The notes under the pieces: generated by a model
What the model saw: the letters and a program-made list of their open reading frames with translations, nothing else
Database searches by the model: none
Told to the model about the DNA's origin: nothing
Origin: a virus
Length of the DNA stretch: 64,000 nucleotides
Reading direction: 5' to 3' (one strand)
IMG/VR virus record: IMGVR_UViG_3300030387_000070
Program-made: the position numbers and the translations under genes
Shown: positions 1-9,139 of the stretch, one piece after another
Layout of the letters: every line of letters begins with the position of its first letter
Position numbering within the stretch: position 1 is the stretch's first letter

Positions 1-1
1 G

Positions 2-283
2 ATTGAGTATGCAGAAGAATTAGCCGAGTGCTTTAATGAAAATTTTGATTGTAATGTACCTGAAAACGATGCGTGGAGTAACTGTATCGAAGAAGTATTT
101 AGCTCTCTTGGTAGAGTAGAAAAAATTAAACAAAAGTTGGAACGTAATGGATATTGGGTTGATGAACTTGAAAGCTCTGATGGTGATATTCGTATTTGTT
201 GTAATTGGAGTAGCCTTCCGATGTATTTTAATTCGTGGAAGGAAGTTAAAGAATGGATTGATGAGGTGGAAGGAATTGACTGA
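2..283 (+). CDS. hypothetical protein, 5' end outside window
   Basis: Frame 2 is open from the window edge to TGA 281-283 (..NGYWVDELESSDGDIRICCNWSSLPMYFNSWKEVKEWIDEVEGID*). Found by hand; absent from the ORF track because it has no start in the window. Confidence 0.45.
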   Translation: MEYAEELAECFNENFDCNVPENDAWSNCIEEVFSSLGRVEKIKQKLERNGYWVDELESSDGDIRICCNWSSLPMYFNSWKEVKEWIDEVEGID

Positions 284-509
284 TCCTTGCCGTTACTGTG
301 TGGCACCAGAGCGTTATCCTGGTTGCCACGACCATTGTGAAAAACTGAAAGCTCATCGTGAAAGTGACGAGTATAAGAAGCTGTGCGAATACAAAGAAAA
401 GTATTTCAGAAATAATATACCGAAGAATACAGTAGCTATCTATCATGATATGCGCCGCAAGAAGCACAAAGGTTTACATATGATGGGCTATAAAGGAATG
501 GGTGTTTGA
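261..509 (+). CDS. small Cys/His-rich protein
   Basis: C-terminal part of track ORF 147-509 (..DPCRYCVAPERYPGCHDHCEKLK..). The N-terminal part of that ORF overlaps the better upstream frame, so the start was moved to ATG 261. Confidence 0.45.
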   Translation: MRWKELTDPCRYCVAPERYPGCHDHCEKLKAHRESDEYKKLCEYKEKYFRNNIPKNTVAIYHDMRRKKHKGLHMMGYKGMGV

Positions 510-510
510 T

Positions 511-723
511 ATGGACGAGAATATTTTCAATAACATAATGGATTTTTTCGATGAATGGGAAGATACGTTAAATCATCGTATCGACACTACCATTGAAATG
601 ACAAGTGGGAAACCCGAATTAAACAACCATAAAGAAAGAGTTATTAATAAAATTACGGCGCAGAAAAAATTTCTCTGGGAACTAGAAGAATCTTTCTATG
701 ATAGATTTCAAAAAAGCAAATGA
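511..723 (+). CDS. hypothetical protein
   Basis: Track ORF 502-723. ATG 511 follows an AAGGA run. Tiles with neighbours. Confidence 0.5.
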   Translation: MDENIFNNIMDFFDEWEDTLNHRIDTTIEMTSGKPELNNHKERVINKITAQKKFLWELEESFYDRFQKSK

Positions 724-732
724 GGTGATAAA

Positions 733-954
733 ATGTGGGATTTAATTAAAGATGAATATTCCCCAAAATATGGAATCGGGTGTGCGACCTTTTTCCGTGA
801 CAAACAATTAAAAACAGCGATGGTTATGTATAAATATGACGGTCGTAGTGTTATGTTTTGCTATTCCGAGTACGATAATAAGATTCTATTTGACGGTGAT
901 AAAGACGAAATTGAGATGACTATCAAAAAGAAACTCAACTTTTGGAAGGATTAA
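733..954 (+). CDS. hypothetical protein (MWDL paralog 1)
   Basis: Track ORF with GAGGTG upstream. N-terminus MWDLIKDEYSPKYGIG resembles the next ORF. Confidence 0.55.
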   Translation: MWDLIKDEYSPKYGIGCATFFRDKQLKTAMVMYKYDGRSVMFCYSEYDNKILFDGDKDEIEMTIKKKLNFWKD

Positions 955-956
955 CT

Positions 957-1193
957 ATGTGGGATTTAATGGGTAACAATTATTCAGAAGTATACGGTAT
1001 TGGATATGCTTTACTGAATGGAATTTCAGCTGGGTTTTATGTAAGTGTCATGTACAAGAATCTTGGAAATGAAATTTACTTCTATTATCTTGATGATGCT
1101 CCTTACGGAGAGCTCGATGATAATACCAAAAATAAAATTGAGGATATTATCTATGATGACCTTAATAAGCGTCATATTTTTGGGGAGGACTGA
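957..1193 (+). CDS. hypothetical protein (MWDL paralog 2)
   Basis: Track ORF 942-1193 trimmed to ATG 957 (GGAAGGA upstream). MWDLMGNNYSEVYGIG parallels ORF 733. Confidence 0.55.
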   Translation: MWDLMGNNYSEVYGIGYALLNGISAGFYVSVMYKNLGNEIYFYYLDDAPYGELDDNTKNKIEDIIYDDLNKRHIFGED

Positions 1194-1195
1194 TT

Positions 1196-1444
1196 ATGTG
1201 GGATTTAAGAGAAGTTCATGCACTGCACGATGGTGATGGTTGGGTTTGGAATGAATCTTTTCATCACAAGAATGTGTTCGTATGTGAGAATGAAGATCCG
1301 AAAGAAATCTTTTGGCAAGAATGTCAGATGTTCTTCCTTCAGGATTATCTGAATAAATGTGAAGTCGTGGATGATGGCGATATCCTAGAACTTCAGCTGA
1401 AAGATTCCGGTGAACCAGTTCTCGCTATGATTGTGGCAGGGTAA
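1196..1444 (+). CDS. hypothetical protein (MWDL..LHDGD)
   Basis: Track ORF with GGAGGA upstream. The N-terminus MWDLREVHALHDGDGW recurs at ORF 57359. Confidence 0.55.
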   Translation: MWDLREVHALHDGDGWVWNESFHHKNVFVCENEDPKEIFWQECQMFFLQDYLNKCEVVDDGDILELQLKDSGEPVLAMIVAG

Positions 1445-1717
1445 ATGAGAATAGAGATGTTGCTTTTTAATGACGTTCTGGATGACTGCGTAGTAATTAT
1501 CAAAGATGATAATGGCAATAATAGAGTTGTTTCTGGTAGCGCTGATTCGATACTTTATGACTGGTGGCACGAATGCAATTATGTGGCAAGTAATGATTCT
1601 TTGGTTGTTTACGCAGCTTGTTTTGGAGTAGAAGTGAAATGCAAAACGTTCGGAGAATATATGGAAATGATTGATAAGATTGCCGGAAACTGCGATGGAA
1701 TTGAAAGGAAAGAATGA
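1445..1717 (+). CDS. hypothetical protein
   Basis: Track ORF. The start abuts the previous stop (TAAATG). Confidence 0.5.
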   Translation: MRIEMLLFNDVLDDCVVIIKDDNGNNRVVSGSADSILYDWWHECNYVASNDSLVVYAACFGVEVKCKTFGEYMEMIDKIAGNCDGIERKE

Positions 1718-1720
1718 GTT

Positions 1721-1891
1721 ATGCAACGATATGAAATTGTATTTTACCGCAATGATATTCTTGACGAGTTAATTCCATTTAAGAAAATGAATAAGGAATT
1801 TAATTCATATCAGGAAGCAAGAGTGTGGGCACAGAATGAGTTGTACGACTTGCCTACGGCAGTCGCAATGAATGTGTTTATGGACATTTGA
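1721..1891 (+). CDS. hypothetical protein (56 aa)
   Basis: Hand-found ORF below the track cutoff (MQRYEIVFYRNDILDELIPF..). AAGGAAAG upstream. Fills an otherwise empty gap. Confidence 0.4.
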   Translation: MQRYEIVFYRNDILDELIPFKKMNKEFNSYQEARVWAQNELYDLPTAVAMNVFMDI

Positions 1892-1900
1892 GGTGAGAAT

Positions 1901-2155
1901 ATGGACGCCTTACATACGATTATGAATGAGCTTAAAAGTGGAAAGATGTTTGGTAAGACCGAGCATGGTACAGTGAGTGATTACTTTCGGTGGAATGTAA
2001 TCAAGAGCGGTACATTTATCAGGTATCGCAACTTTGGACAAAGTTCAGTTGGTTGTAATCTTAAAGATCTTGCATGGGTTATTGAAGTGATTTTTAGGAC
2101 TACGCCAGAGAAGTTTCTTGAAAAGTATGAATGTATTGATTCTTGGGAGGTGTAA
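1901..2155 (+). CDS. hypothetical protein
   Basis: Track ORF with GAGGTGA upstream. Confidence 0.55.
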   Translation: MDALHTIMNELKSGKMFGKTEHGTVSDYFRWNVIKSGTFIRYRNFGQSSVGCNLKDLAWVIEVIFRTTPEKFLEKYECIDSWEV

Positions 2156-2251
2156 ATATGTTTAACATTGATGGTCGTAATTTCAAAGTTAAAATCTGGT
2201 CTGATTGGTACGCTTTTGAAGAAAAGGAAAGCGCATAAGAAGTGAATAGAT

Positions 2252-2437
2252 ATGAGCGACACTGAAAAGATTATCAATGCGTTAAAAGATGAATATTCTT
2301 ATTGGCAGAATATCGCTTATGAAGCACAAAAAGAAGGCGATGAAGAGGGAATGACATGGTATTATGGCAAAGCAACAGGAATAAAAAAATCTATCGAAAC
2401 AATCAAAAAAATGAAGGATTACGGAATCATTTTATAA
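2252..2437 (+). CDS. hypothetical protein
   Basis: Track ORF that tiles with neighbours. Confidence 0.45.
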   Translation: MSDTEKIINALKDEYSYWQNIAYEAQKEGDEEGMTWYYGKATGIKKSIETIKKMKDYGIIL

Positions 2438-2450
2438 AAGGGATATTGAT

Positions 2451-2639
2451 ATGAATTTACTTACATTTCTTTCTTTGGTCACTGATGGCACAAGCATAGC
2501 TCTTTGGGATGACTACAAGGAGCAAAAAATCAAAGATTATTGTAAACGTGACCAGATTTCAATTTCTGAAGCCAGTCGGTACGAAGTGTCGTTCTTTACG
2601 GCAGAATGCGAAGGTATGATTACAATTTTTGTGCATTAA
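2451..2639 (+). CDS. hypothetical protein
   Basis: Track ORF with AAGGGA upstream. Confidence 0.45.
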   Translation: MNLLTFLSLVTDGTSIALWDDYKEQKIKDYCKRDQISISEASRYEVSFFTAECEGMITIFVH

Positions 2640-2667
2640 AAAGATTGATAAAAGGGAGATTTTAGAT

Positions 2668-3534
2668 ATGAAAAACCTGTATTGCTATGATAATGAAATC
2701 ATAAAATGGACTTTACGCGACAATCTATATTGTTTGCATATTCAGCACGATGATATTGCGGACAATAATCCTCGTTGGTGGGACGAACATGATTCTGTAA
2801 TGGCCTGTTTTCATTCTCGGTATCGTCTTGGTGATAAGATTGATGCGAGTACGGCAGAAGAGTTTTGGAACAATCTTGTTTACGAGTATTGCTCTGATGA
2901 AGAAATTCTGGATGCACTTTTTAACATGAAGTTGGAAGATACCTGTGTCGTTGTTGATGAGAATTACAGTGACGAAAAACGATATACTATTTGTGGTATC
3001 GGAACTCTTTTTGATAAAAAGGTCTCTAATAATCCAATGTATGTTGGATTAAAGTATAACGAAATTGCTACATATGTTGCTGGTGAATTTTCTATTCGAG
3101 ATTGTCAGATTCTTCTTGATAAGCATATTGCATGGCTTCCTCTTTGGCTGCACGATCACTCTGGTTTATCTATGGATTGTGATACACGGTTCAGAGGTTC
3201 GTTGGATGACAGTAATGTTGGTTGGATTGTGATCGCTATTACGGATGGTTCGGATAATACCAAAAACGAAGCAGAACGAATCATGCGTAACGAGGTAAAG
3301 ACTTACAGCGATTATCTTTCTGGTGAAAACTATGGCTATACGCTTTATAAAGAAGAGCATGGAGAGTGGAAAGAAATTGACAGAGCATTCGGATTTATCG
3401 GTTCCGATGTATTTGAAAACGGTATCACATACAGCGTTGGCTGTGGCCTTGAAACAGCATTAAAGGAAGATCGGTGCCGTATCGGTGATGCAGAGAAGGT
3501 TGTGACCGTCACTTATAACTTTGATAAATGTTGA
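2668..3534 (+). CDS. conserved phage protein, function unknown
   Basis: Track ORF 2629-3534 trimmed to ATG 2668 (GGGAG upstream). Motifs LWLHDHSGLSM and VKTYSDYLSGENYGYTLY..FGFIGSD recall a widespread phage/ICE family whose name I cannot give. Confidence 0.6.
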   Translation: MKNLYCYDNEIIKWTLRDNLYCLHIQHDDIADNNPRWWDEHDSVMACFHSRYRLGDKIDASTAEEFWNNLVYEYCSDEEILDALFNMKLEDTCVVVDENYSDEKRYTICGIGTLFDKKVSNNPMYVGLKYNEIATYVAGEFSIRDCQILLDKHIAWLPLWLHDHSGLSMDCDTRFRGSLDDSNVGWIVIAITDGSDNTKNEAERIMRNEVKTYSDYLSGENYGYTLYKEEHGEWKEIDRAFGFIGSDVFENGITYSVGCGLETALKEDRCRIGDAEKVVTVTYNFDKC

Positions 3535-3557
3535 GTCCTAAAAGGGGTTGAATAGAT

Positions 3558-3722
3558 ATGGCATATAAATACACCGAAGAAGAAGTTTGGGATGCGATTC
3601 ATACACTTTCTGATATGAGAGCTGGATTTAACTGCTTTGACGAAAATGATGTACAGAAGTATGAAGCGTGTTCAATGGGGATTGTTGCATTAAGAACGCT
3701 TGTGGACGCCGATAAAAGTTGA
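3558..3722 (+). CDS. hypothetical protein (54 aa)
   Basis: Hand-found ORF (MAYKYTEEEVWDAIHTLSDM..) with AAAGGGG upstream. Fills a gap. Confidence 0.4.
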   Translation: MAYKYTEEEVWDAIHTLSDMRAGFNCFDENDVQKYEACSMGIVALRTLVDADKS

Positions 3723-3742
3723 ATTTTAGGAGGAAAATAAAG

Positions 3743-4237
3743 ATGGATAACAACATGATGGAACGTCAGATTGCTAATTATATGGTAGAGTATGGTACTA
3801 AGAATACAAATTATGGCACATGGGTGTTTGAGGTTGATGAACTGGCGAAAAAGTTCAATATTACAGAGAAATGGATTCAGGAACATGAAGACGGTATTAT
3901 GTCTGAGCTGTATCTCAGAGAAGAAGTGGCTGACGTTGAACGTGAATTAAGCGGCAATGATATGACTATCACACTTTTTGATGTGAATTTCTACACCGAC
4001 TATTGCCCTAACTACATTGAAGACAAACAGGAAAAGGATGATGACGTAAATCAGTATTGGTTTGCAGAAACACGTTGGTGTACCGATGATATTATTGGTA
4101 TTGCAAAAGACAATGGAATTAAAATGACTCCGCAGCAAGCAGAACAGTGGTGGAAGAAGAATGAAAATTGGTTCAAGAATATCATTGTAGAATATGGTAA
4201 TGAAGTGCTGGAAGATGCAGATTTTAGTGAGGTGTAA
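3743..4237 (+). CDS. hypothetical protein
   Basis: Track ORF 3719-4237 trimmed to ATG 3743, behind TAGGAGGA. Confidence 0.55.
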   Translation: MDNNMMERQIANYMVEYGTKNTNYGTWVFEVDELAKKFNITEKWIQEHEDGIMSELYLREEVADVERELSGNDMTITLFDVNFYTDYCPNYIEDKQEKDDDVNQYWFAETRWCTDDIIGIAKDNGIKMTPQQAEQWWKKNENWFKNIIVEYGNEVLEDADFSEV

Positions 4238-4240
4238 GTT

Positions 4241-4477
4241 ATGTGGTGTGTTGTAGAGTGCAATTGTGACGGCGGAACTATTTTTAGCCCGGATTTTTTT
4301 GATACAAAGGAAGACGCAATTAAATTTATCGAAAATAATGCGAATGAATGCTACGAAAGTGAGTGTGATTTACCGGAAGCAAACATCTATATTGGAAATG
4401 ATGGACTTTCTGCCACAGTAAGCACTGATGAGTACAGTTGGGTATGGCAAGCATTTGATATTTCAAACAAGATTTAA
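4241..4477 (+). CDS. hypothetical protein
   Basis: Track ORF with GTGAGGTG upstream. Confidence 0.5.
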   Translation: MWCVVECNCDGGTIFSPDFFDTKEDAIKFIENNANECYESECDLPEANIYIGNDGLSATVSTDEYSWVWQAFDISNKI

Positions 4478-4492
4478 AAGGAGAGTTTTATT

Positions 4493-4651
4493 ATGAAGTA
4501 TCAGGTAACTGTAGCTCGTACTGGCTATGTTGAAATTGAAGCCGATAATGAACAAGAAGCGATGGATATTGTTGCAAACGATATGAACTCAAAAGATATT
4601 GAATGGACGTGTGATTTTACAGTAACGGATTGTGAAGAGAGTGAGGAATAA
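4493..4651 (+). CDS. hypothetical protein (52 aa)
   Basis: Hand-found ORF (MKYQVTVARTGYVEIEADNEQEAMDIV..) with AAAGGAGAG upstream. Confidence 0.4.
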   Translation: MKYQVTVARTGYVEIEADNEQEAMDIVANDMNSKDIEWTCDFTVTDCEESEE

Positions 4652-4654
4652 ATT

Positions 4655-5137
4655 ATGGCTATCGTAAATGGATTTGATACTCAGAAACTGCGGTATATCC
4701 TCTTTGGTGATAAAGGCTATGAGATATACAAGGAAAACGATTTTTACTACCTAAGTAATGGATATGGTTATAAGTATGATGAGAAAGATGGTTGGTCTGA
4801 TTCTGATATTACAATGCTCCACAAATATTTTGAATATGTAAATCCTAGTTGTTGTTCATATTGGGAAAAATTTCATGATATAAAAGAGTTTAGACGAATC
4901 TACTATCAAGAAAACCGAGATGGTTGTTTGTACACTTATCCGTGTATTGTTTGCGAGATGGACAATAGAAATAAGGCTTTACTAAATGAGAAGTATACAA
5001 ACATTCTAGCAAAAGCGAAAAAGTGGGGTTGGTTTGCAGAGTGTAAGGATAGTTTAAGCTGCGTTCACTTTATGAATAAACAGAACACTCTTGAAGCATG
5101 GATTTGTCCGATTCGTTACAAAGAAGGTGCTATCTAA
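4655..5137 (+). CDS. hypothetical protein
   Basis: Track ORF with GTGAGGA upstream. Confidence 0.55.
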   Translation: MAIVNGFDTQKLRYILFGDKGYEIYKENDFYYLSNGYGYKYDEKDGWSDSDITMLHKYFEYVNPSCCSYWEKFHDIKEFRRIYYQENRDGCLYTYPCIVCEMDNRNKALLNEKYTNILAKAKKWGWFAECKDSLSCVHFMNKQNTLEAWICPIRYKEGAI

Positions 5138-5331
5138 TGTTCTATCATCTTGAATACTCTGTCAGACACTTTATGTACGGCGATACATATAGAGGGCATG
5201 AAGTCTATCCCACAAAAGAGCTGCGCGATGCAGAACTTGACTGGATGAAAACGTGTTACAGCAAGCCGACAGAGCTTGTCTATACAACATATGAAACCGA
5301 AACACTTAATGAAGATAAGATAATAATATAA
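5137..5331 (+). CDS. hypothetical protein
   Basis: Track ORF 5098-5331 trimmed to the ATG in the TAATG overlap with the previous stop. Confidence 0.45.
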   Translation: MFYHLEYSVRHFMYGDTYRGHEVYPTKELRDAELDWMKTCYSKPTELVYTTYETETLNEDKIII

Positions 5332-5344
5332 AGGAGAAAGATAT

Positions 5345-5605
5345 ATGTACAATGTTGATGAACATGATTTCAAAGTCAAAATTCATGATGGCTGGCTGAT
5401 TGCTACGGAATCGGCAGATAAAGAAAGCTTTCCGGGGATGGGAATTTTTTACTCTAAAGACGGGGAAACATTTTCATGGGACGATTTGATTACAATTGTT
5501 GAACAGGACGCAGAAAATGATAAGATTCAAACCGACCTGTATAAGAAAGGCTGCGAAGATTGTTGTTATGTTTTTAATTACGAAGATGGAGAATTGAGGA
5601 AGTGA
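5345..5605 (+). CDS. hypothetical protein
   Basis: Track ORF with AAAGGAGAAAG upstream. Confidence 0.55.
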   Translation: MYNVDEHDFKVKIHDGWLIATESADKESFPGMGIFYSKDGETFSWDDLITIVEQDAENDKIQTDLYKKGCEDCCYVFNYEDGELRK

Positions 5606-5613
5606 GTGTTGTG

Positions 5614-5823
5614 ATGAAAAGCTGCTTCAATAGAAATTTCTTTAAATTTAAAACAAAGTCTGGGTACATTATTATTTTGACTTCAACGGATAAAAATGGG
5701 CACATGACTGCATTTGTATTTAGCTCAGTCGATGGAAAAACTTTTCATCCGTGGGATTTGATTAAGGTTTTTGATAACGAGGACGAGCGTATGGCAGATT
5801 TCAATTATGACGACATGAGGTGA
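5614..5823 (+). CDS. hypothetical protein
   Basis: Track ORF 5602-5823; first ATG is at 5614. Confidence 0.45.
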   Translation: MKSCFNRNFFKFKTKSGYIIILTSTDKNGHMTAFVFSSVDGKTFHPWDLIKVFDNEDERMADFNYDDMR

Positions 5824-5828
5824 GAGTT

Positions 5829-6125
5829 ATGACTAGTCGTGAGATTGCAGAAGATTTCATCAATACAATGAACCCGTCAAGGTGGGCTGGTGTTGGTCAA
5901 AAGCCTGAAAATTTTGACACTAGAATTGTTACATACACTATTGATGGTTTTCCTGAATATGAGCTTGATATTTCTTATGACGAAGACGATGAACTTGGTT
6001 ATATAGCAATGCTTGAACTGAGATGGTCAGATGATGAGGAGTTGATCTACGTCTTTGATGTCCATGAAATCAATTCTGAGGATGAAATTGAATCTTCAAT
6101 CAATTATCTTATTGATGATCTTTAA
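5829..6125 (+). CDS. highly acidic small protein
   Basis: Track ORF 5820-6125 trimmed to ATG 5829 (GAGGTGAG upstream). Very D/E-rich (..ISYDEDDELGYIAMLELRWSDDEELIYVFDVHEINSEDEIESS..). Confidence 0.5.
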   Translation: MTSREIAEDFINTMNPSRWAGVGQKPENFDTRIVTYTIDGFPEYELDISYDEDDELGYIAMLELRWSDDEELIYVFDVHEINSEDEIESSINYLIDDL

Positions 6126-6150
6126 TAGAATAATATAAAGGAGAATGAAT

Positions 6151-6324
6151 ATGACAAAATTTGAGAAACAGACGGTTATTAACGCATTGCATTTTTATAG
6201 CGAATATTGTTGCAACCACAGTGAAAAATCTGCGAATATGATAGCACAGAAATGTACGGCTGAAGGTTTGCTTTATACATTTCAATCTATTCTGGATGAA
6301 AATGCAGGAAGTGTAAAAATCTAA
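6151..6324 (+). CDS. hypothetical protein (57 aa)
   Basis: Hand-found ORF (MTKFEKQTVINALHFYSEYCCNHSEK..) with AAAGGAGAA upstream. Confidence 0.4.
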   Translation: MTKFEKQTVINALHFYSEYCCNHSEKSANMIAQKCTAEGLLYTFQSILDENAGSVKI

Positions 6325-6344
6325 ATAGAATCGAGGTTTTAAAA

Positions 6345-6566
6345 ATGATTACAGTTGTTTATGACGATACGATGTGTAATGGTCCTTACCGTGTAGAGCA
6401 CAAAACAATGGAAGATGCGGTAGAGTCTGTTAATAATGATTTTGAGAGCTTGATGAAAGAATTGCGAGATGAAGGTTATGAACCTGAATGGATTCGTGAC
6501 GGTCATCATATGCTTGAGGTTTATGTTCCGAATACGTCTATTAACGCATGGTGGGATTTTGAGTAA
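6345..6566 (+). CDS. hypothetical protein
   Basis: Track ORF with GAGG upstream. Confidence 0.5.
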   Translation: MITVVYDDTMCNGPYRVEHKTMEDAVESVNNDFESLMKELRDEGYEPEWIRDGHHMLEVYVPNTSINAWWDFE

Positions 6567-6577
6567 GGAGAATTGAA

Positions 6578-6784
6578 ATGGACATTAACGAAATCAAAAT
6601 GTTTGAACAGAAGATGGTTGATAGCGCGTTTATTGACGCTGTTGATTATGATCCGAAGGTGGCTGCACGAGCTGTGGGAGCACGTAAGATGAAAATGAAG
6701 GGTGTGTGCTCCTTTAACGAATACATTGGTTATTTGCAGACGATTACCGGCAACGCAAAGTTGTTCTGGAAGTATCAGTTTTGA
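6578..6784 (+). CDS. hypothetical protein
   Basis: Track ORF with TAAGGAGAA upstream. Confidence 0.5.
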   Translation: MDINEIKMFEQKMVDSAFIDAVDYDPKVAARAVGARKMKMKGVCSFNEYIGYLQTITGNAKLFWKYQF

Positions 6785-6793
6785 GGTGATGAT

Positions 6794-7054
6794 ATGGTTT
6801 TGAAGCTTGAATTTACCGATGGTCACGAGCCATGGATATCATTTCCAATGAATAGAGAAGAGGCTTTAAACCTGTGGAATAAGCTGAGTAAGATGCCAAC
6901 GGTACGACCGGAGTTCAGGTTTGGCAAATTGAAGTGTCGCTGTGATTGTCTTGGCAACTGGTATGTTGCTCAGTGGTTTGATGGAATGCACAAGAGTAAG
7001 GAGTTCAGATATCTTGCCAACGCTTTGAAATACATGGAAAAAGAAACGGTTTAA
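6794..7054 (+). CDS. hypothetical protein
   Basis: Track ORF with GAGGTGA upstream. Confidence 0.5.
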   Translation: MVLKLEFTDGHEPWISFPMNREEALNLWNKLSKMPTVRPEFRFGKLKCRCDCLGNWYVAQWFDGMHKSKEFRYLANALKYMEKETV

Positions 7055-7076
7055 CGAATAGATTGTGAGGGTAAAA

Positions 7077-7337
7077 ATGTTTGTACTTATCAATACTTAT
7101 ATTGCAAAAGGTGAGAATTCATTTCTCCCAGAAGTTGTTTATAAAAAGGGTTTTAATACGATTCTTGAGGCGGAAAATGAAATGAACAAACAAGTGGACG
7201 ATATTCTTGTAAATCATTATTGTAAATATTATAAAGATGAAAGCGGTGAACAGAATTTTAGTGTTTTGCGATTAAAAGGTGATATTCGTATTGATGCTTG
7301 TGACGTATACGATTGGTGGAAAATCGTAGAGATTTGA
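7077..7337 (+). CDS. hypothetical protein
   Basis: Track ORF 7065-7337 trimmed to ATG 7077, behind GTGAGGG. Confidence 0.5.
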   Translation: MFVLINTYIAKGENSFLPEVVYKKGFNTILEAENEMNKQVDDILVNHYCKYYKDESGEQNFSVLRLKGDIRIDACDVYDWWKIVEI

Positions 7338-7365
7338 TAAAACAGTTCTTCTAGGAGGGAATAAT

Positions 7366-7557
7366 ATGATTGATAATAAGACTATGCTTTGCGCAATTGC
7401 AGGCAAACATAATATGGAAGTTCTTGAAGGGGCACTTGATACAGTCAATGAATTTTTGGATTCTGGTGCTGTTATTTATGTGAAAGTAAAAGGAAAAGAT
7501 GGTTTTGTAAAACTCGAAAAAATTGAAACCAGAGTGATGATTATGCCGTTTATTTAA
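7366..7557 (+). CDS. hypothetical protein
   Basis: Track ORF with TAGGAGGG upstream. Confidence 0.5.
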   Translation: MIDNKTMLCAIAGKHNMEVLEGALDTVNEFLDSGAVIYVKVKGKDGFVKLEKIETRVMIMPFI

Positions 7558-7579
7558 AAACATAAAGGAGTAAAACAAA

Positions 7580-8896
7580 ATGACTACTAACAATTCTATG
7601 ACCGTAATAACCTCTAAGCCCTTCGGCGCACTGAATGTGGATGTGTACCAGAATGATAAACATCAGTATTATATGACCCGTGAACAGATTGGGCGAGCAC
7701 TGGAATGTAAAGAACCTCGGAAGTACATTGCGAAGATTCATGAGCGTAATGCAGACCGTCTTGACCCGTTGAGCTCGGTCGTCAATTTGACGACTGAGGT
7801 CGGAAATTATACGCAAGAACGTCAAATATATATGTACAGTTTGCGTGGCGTAATGGAAATCTGCCGCCTTTCTCGTCAGCCGAAAGCAGATGCGTTTATG
7901 GATTTCTGCTGGGACATTATGGAATCTTTGATGCGTGGTGATTCCGTTCTTGCTACTCCTCAGATGGATGCTGCACTGAGTAAGGAGTTCATTGATGTAA
8001 GACTTCACGCTCTGTTTGATAGTGTGAAGAATCTTCAGAGTGAGCTTGATTCTACCCGGAAAAATCTTAGTGACCAGATCGAGGAGGCTCGTGCCACCAG
8101 TAATGAGGCACTGAATGTGATTAGCAGCGTATCTCAGTGTGTCCATCAGATTAAGGACAAGCAGATGGATGATGCGATTCGTTCTACCAGAAACTTCACT
8201 CCTCGTAAGGATGTGATGAGCGACTGGCGTAAGAAGATGTATGAACGTATCAATGTGATTGCCGCAATCAATGAAATGAAGGTTCAGGATGTATTTCGTG
8301 ATATTTACGAATATATGAATCGTGTCTATACCTTCGTTATTGAGGAAGAACGCAGAAAGTATTGTGCAAGAACCGGTCGCACTGGTCACATTCCTACGAT
8401 TGATATTGTTGAAGCAAGTACGATGTATAAGTCCATCTTTGGTGCTTTGGTTGAAGATTCGTATACTGAAGCAATCAATAAGAAGAAGGAAGAGACCGCT
8501 GAGCAGAAAGCTCTGCTTGAAGCTAAGGCTGTTGATGCAGCTCCTGAAGTAGATGTCTGTGTTGCTCCTGTGATTGAGGTAGAAGCTAAGGAAGTTGAGC
8601 CTGAACCGATTGTGGAGGAAAAGCCCAAGAAGCAGAGCGAAACGGCAAAAATTCTTTTCCCGATTCTGTTACCTTTGGCAGAAAAGCTTAATGATAAGCC
8701 TCAGTACAAGCACACTTATACTCTGATTTACGAGCGTATTGGCTATAAGAAAATGAATAATTTTTTTGTGGCTTACGAAAAGGCACATGGTAAGGCACCT
8801 CATCCGAAGACTAAGGTGTTTATCGAAAATGAAAAGAATCTCGCGCTGTTTAAGAAGACTGTGAAGCAGTTGATGAAAGAACAGGAGGATAAGTAA
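7580..8896 (+). CDS. phage anti-repressor, Bro-N domain family
   Basis: N-terminus ..FGALNVDVYQNDKHQYYMTREQIGRALEC..KIHERNADRL..YMYSLRGVMEICRLSRQPKADAFMDF matches the remembered BRO-N/anti-repressor pattern. Long low-complexity, charged C-terminal half. Confidence 0.7.
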   Translation: MTTNNSMTVITSKPFGALNVDVYQNDKHQYYMTREQIGRALECKEPRKYIAKIHERNADRLDPLSSVVNLTTEVGNYTQERQIYMYSLRGVMEICRLSRQPKADAFMDFCWDIMESLMRGDSVLATPQMDAALSKEFIDVRLHALFDSVKNLQSELDSTRKNLSDQIEEARATSNEALNVISSVSQCVHQIKDKQMDDAIRSTRNFTPRKDVMSDWRKKMYERINVIAAINEMKVQDVFRDIYEYMNRVYTFVIEEERRKYCARTGRTGHIPTIDIVEASTMYKSIFGALVEDSYTEAINKKKEETAEQKALLEAKAVDAAPEVDVCVAPVIEVEAKEVEPEPIVEEKPKKQSETAKILFPILLPLAEKLNDKPQYKHTYTLIYERIGYKKMNNFFVAYEKAHGKAPHPKTKVFIENEKNLALFKKTVKQLMKEQEDK

Positions 8897-8956
8897 ATGT
8901 ATGTAATATCGAATGGTCACAACTATTGGAAGATTAATGAATTCGAGGTGTGAGTT

Positions 8957-9139
8957 ATGCTCAAATATGGAAATATAACGTGTAAACGTTGTGGTATTAC
9001 ATGGTATGGACCAAAATGCGGAAAGCTTTACTGTGAAGAGTGTCGTAAGGTTGTAAACAACGAGAAGAGTCTCAAATGGTACAGAAGTAATAGAGAGCTT
9101 GTTGCAAGGAATCGTGCAGAGAGAAAGGCAATGAGGTGA
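8957..9139 (+). CDS. small zinc-ribbon protein
   Basis: CKRCG..CGKLYCEEC pairs followed by a basic tail. Sits immediately upstream of the recombinase. Confidence 0.5.
   Translation: MLKYGNITCKRCGITWYGPKCGKLYCEECRKVVNNEKSLKWYRSNRELVARNRAERKAMR

Noticed and set aside
147-509. Track ORF 147-509 taken at full length, with an N-terminal hydrophobic region.
   Set aside because: Its first 40 or so codons overlap a better-looking frame that is open from the window edge to 283. Only the Cys/His-rich C-terminal part looks genuine, so it was shortened to start at 261.
7550-8389. Long - strand ORFs inside the phage part. Examples: 7550-8389, 16653-17219, 36963-37682, 40697-41344, 46218-46979, 47766-48413, 54950-55555.
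   Set aside because: Each lies antisense to a + strand gene with clear domain signatures or better tiling. They lack SD sequences and have odd, low-complexity composition. They are treated as shadow ORFs of an AT-rich genome.
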